In this document: positions 52,963-55,872 of the stretch, piece after piece
Layout of the letters: the number at the start of each line of letters is the position of its first letter
Position numbering within the stretch: the first letter of the stretch is position 1
Assembly: GCA_004431415.1 (NCBI GenBank)
Contig: QPMI01000650.1
Coordinates: forward strand, 1-55,872
Origin: Cyanophora paradoxa CCMP329
Lineage: Eukaryota > Plantae > Glaucophyta
Reading direction: 5' to 3'
Length of the DNA stretch: 55,872 bases
Position numbers and translations under genes: made by a program
Notes under the pieces: generated by a model
What the model was told of the DNA's origin: nothing
The model's database searches: none
Seen by the model: only the letters and a program-made list of their open reading frames with translations

Positions 52963-53851
52963 TGCGCGGCCGCGGGCGGCGCTGTGTTGCAATTGCAGTA
53001 TTCATGCATGGCAACCCCCGGCGCTGCAGGGCCGGGTGCACGGGGCGGGGGTGCGGGCGCCCGGGTGCGCGAGCCTGCTATTTATAGCTTTTCTGGGAAC
53101 TCTTCCCTTTGTCGTCGGAACAATTGCTCTTCCTATCGGAACAATTGCTATTGCTCTCGGAACTCCTGACTTGGGATCTCCATGGCCTCCAAAACTAATT
53201 GTACTTTTTGATCATTAGTTCCCAGAGTTACGAAGTTTCCAGTATGGAGAATTTGGGAACTTCGTTGTTCCGAAACCGTAAGACTATCTGATTCCGAGCT
53301 ATTGGAACTGGGGGGGGCCCCCCTAGTGCGCGGCACGCCCATAGCCGTTCGTCGACGTCGCATTCCGATCATGATCATCGGATCGGATCCGAAGACCCAG
53401 GCCCCCAACCTGGTCATTGGCCATGGATTGAATATTTGCTTGGATCGATTCGAATTCAAATTGTTCACATGTATACGCAGTAATTAATACCATAGTACTT
53501 GGAATGCGTGGCTGCAGCTGCAGTGTTGAAACATTATGCCATATATCGAGTCGTCTATACATGTCTAATATTTAATTTGCATGATATCGTGATATCGATA
53601 TCGTAGCTACTAGGCTACAGGACATTATAATTACTTAATTAGCTATAGACGCGTGAAATCAGTTAAGCGTACCGTATATACGTAGTACTACGGAAGCTCG
53701 CACAGCTGGCGCTTTATACATCATTCACGAAGGTTGTTAACTCGGAAACGTTACGATAACGATACTATAGCTATTAGGACAGGAGGCCTCCCGCCGCGAA
53801 GGGCGGGAGCCCCGACTTCAAGCCTCGAGGGCCCGGGCCCGGCCGGCGCGC

Positions 53852-55159
53852 TCAGAAGTCGAGGAGCGTGACGGCGCCGGCCTGGAGGCGGCCGCGGAGG
53901 CGGTTGGCGAGGGCGTGGCGGCGGAGGTGCGTGCGGTCCCAGAGGCGCCGCTGCCCCTCCTCGACCTTCATGTCCGGGCGCTCGAGGCTGCTGAGGATCG
54001 CCCGCGCCGCCGCCTCGCTCCACGAGAGCTCGAGCTCGCTGGCGGACGAGGAGGAGGCGGAGGAGGAGGCGGAGGAGGAGTCGGAGGCCTCGCCGTCGGA
54101 GCCGTCCGAGGCGGCGGCGGCGGCGCGCATGCGCTTGCGGAGGCGGAGGGCGGCGCGGACGCAGCAGCCGACGGGGACCTCCTGGTAGGGCGCGACGGCG
54201 AGGCCGCCGGAGGCCGCGTCCCGGCGCCCGATGCACGCGAGGAGCGCGGCGAGGAAGTCGCGGCACCACGCGCCCCGCGCCGCCGGCTCCAGCGCGTCGC
54301 CGTCCTCCGGGCACGCCCACCACAGGGCCAGGTTCACGAGGCTCGTCTGGACGTGCCGCCGCGTGACCACCGACTGCCCGCTCGCCTCCCGCACCGAGTC
54401 GCTCAGCCAGTCCGCCTGGGCCAGGGACACCGCCTCGTCCCGCGTCCACTTCGTCCGCAGCGCGCGGAAGAGGGCCTGCGCGCGCGGGGCGCGGGGTGAG
54501 AACTAGTGCTGGGAGCGGGCGAGAAGTCGGGCCAGGCCGGGCCGGGGCCGGGGCGCACCAGGTGGAAGGCGGAGTAGTGCTCGAAATCGACGGCGGAGAC
54601 GAAGGAGGCGGACTTGGCGGTGCCGTTCACGATCGCGGCCCAGAGCTGCGCGAAGGCGGCAACCGCGATCAGGGCGAGCTCGAGGGGCTCGATATCGGGG
54701 CCGGGCCGGCGCCGGCGGACCTCGCTCAGAAGGGCCTCGAGCTCCTGCGACTGCGCCTCCTCGCTCGAAATCGAAGGCGAAGAAGGAGACTGCGCCTGCC
54801 GGGAGCGAGAGCGTGAGGCGAGCGCTAGCGCCGCGGGCAGCCGGGTGCACGTGCTAGAGGCCAGGGCCGGCGGTCCGCACCTTGCAGGTGGGTTCGGGGG
54901 CGTCGGCCGGGGCCGGCTTCGCCTTCGAATCCGTCTCGTCATCGTCCACAGCGAAATGGCCATGGACGCGTACGCGTACGGCCGCGGCACGCTCCCGGGG
55001 CCGCGGAGGCGAGCACGGCTGCGGCTGCGGCTTCACGGGGCTGGAGTCGGAGGTCGCCACTTCGATCAGCTTGCACTCAGCTGCGGCAGCGGACGAAGGG
55101 AGCTCCGGCGAGGAAGGGAAAACCCTCGAGCTCATGCGCGTTTGCTGTGAAGAAGACAT
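53852..55159 (-). CDS. Hypothetical protein, copy 2
   Basis: Near-identical paralogue of 44851..46159 with an intact reading frame and small in-frame indels. Confidence 0.7.
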
Positions 55160-55872
55160 CGTAGCGCCCATCGGACTCCGGGAATTCGAAAGAAGATAGA
55201 TAGGGCGTTGCAGCTGCTGCTTGGGCTCTGAGAAAGCTGACTGTGCTTCGGCGTTCGATGCGATGCGCGCTTCTAGATCTGCCCTGCTGGACGAACTTTC
55301 GAAGTTGCGTATACGCAAGTTGGAAAGTGATCTGATGAGAGAAAGCGCAAGCTGGTCTGGTCGACGCGCGGCGCGCGTGCCGCCGCCAGCGCGCCAGCGC
55401 CGGCGCCGTCTAGCGATCATGAAGGCAGTATACCCGGCCATTCCGTACCACAGTACTAGGAGCCTGGGAGCTCCCAACACGTACCTTGAAGCTTAAGTTT
55501 TCTAATTGATGATATTGCAAATGATACACAAGGAATAGGTACCGGCGTCACCGTACCGCCACCGTACCGCCGCGGTTCCGGCGTACCGCTGCAGTCACGT
55601 GCACATGTACAGTGCAGTGATGGCAATTAAATTTCTTTTTTCAAGTTTCAAGTACTAGTACTTCTGAAAAGTACCCCACGTGTATACCTTGGAGGCTCGT
55701 AGCTGTACACGGTGCTAGTACTCCACGTACCTCGGTATATATGTGCAAAAATATTCGTATATACGCATTTAATTTATCCCACGCGGCCGGCGGCGCCGGC
55801 GCCGGCGCGCAGCGGCTGGCGCGAGCCGGCGCGGCGGCGCCTGCAGCTGGCGCGCGCGGAGCGCCCCGCGCC

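Larger units (their letters stand above)
47851..53328. mobile_element. CACTA element 2 (about 5.5 kb), transposase-less but carrying a spliced ORF
   Basis: About 40-bp TIR CACTAGGGGG(C)nAGTTCCAATAGCTCGGAATCA with one mismatch. CGC TSD at 47848-47850 and 53329-53331. A further perfect 20-bp inverted block at 47925-47944 / 53254-53273. Confidence 0.92.

Overview
Eukaryotic nuclear DNA, very GC-rich and dense in short introns (mostly about 50-90 bp). An MAFV-type N-terminal transit peptide suggests a glaucophyte alga such as Cyanophora; this assignment is an inference. The window holds about 18 spliced genes, many in tight head-to-head pairs: an atypical homeodomain protein, two long coiled-coil proteins (one with a C-terminal RING and five tandemly duplicated exons), a histidine phosphatase with an N-terminal Cys/His motif, an F-box protein, a NOL/NYC1-like SDR, a p24 cargo receptor, an RS2Z-type SR splicing factor, a plastid-targeted repeat protein, two apparently catalytically dead WRN-like exonuclease paralogues, SDHB, TRM61 and a gene duplicated 9 kb apart. 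Two complete non-autonomous CACTA elements have TIRs and 3-bp TSDs. Window-wide patterns include frequent GC-AG introns, a sense-strand intronic GTACCCC motif limited to some genes, and tandem arrays of many different 6-bp palindromes. Exon structures were reconstructed by eye, so gene starts and some splice sites are approximate.
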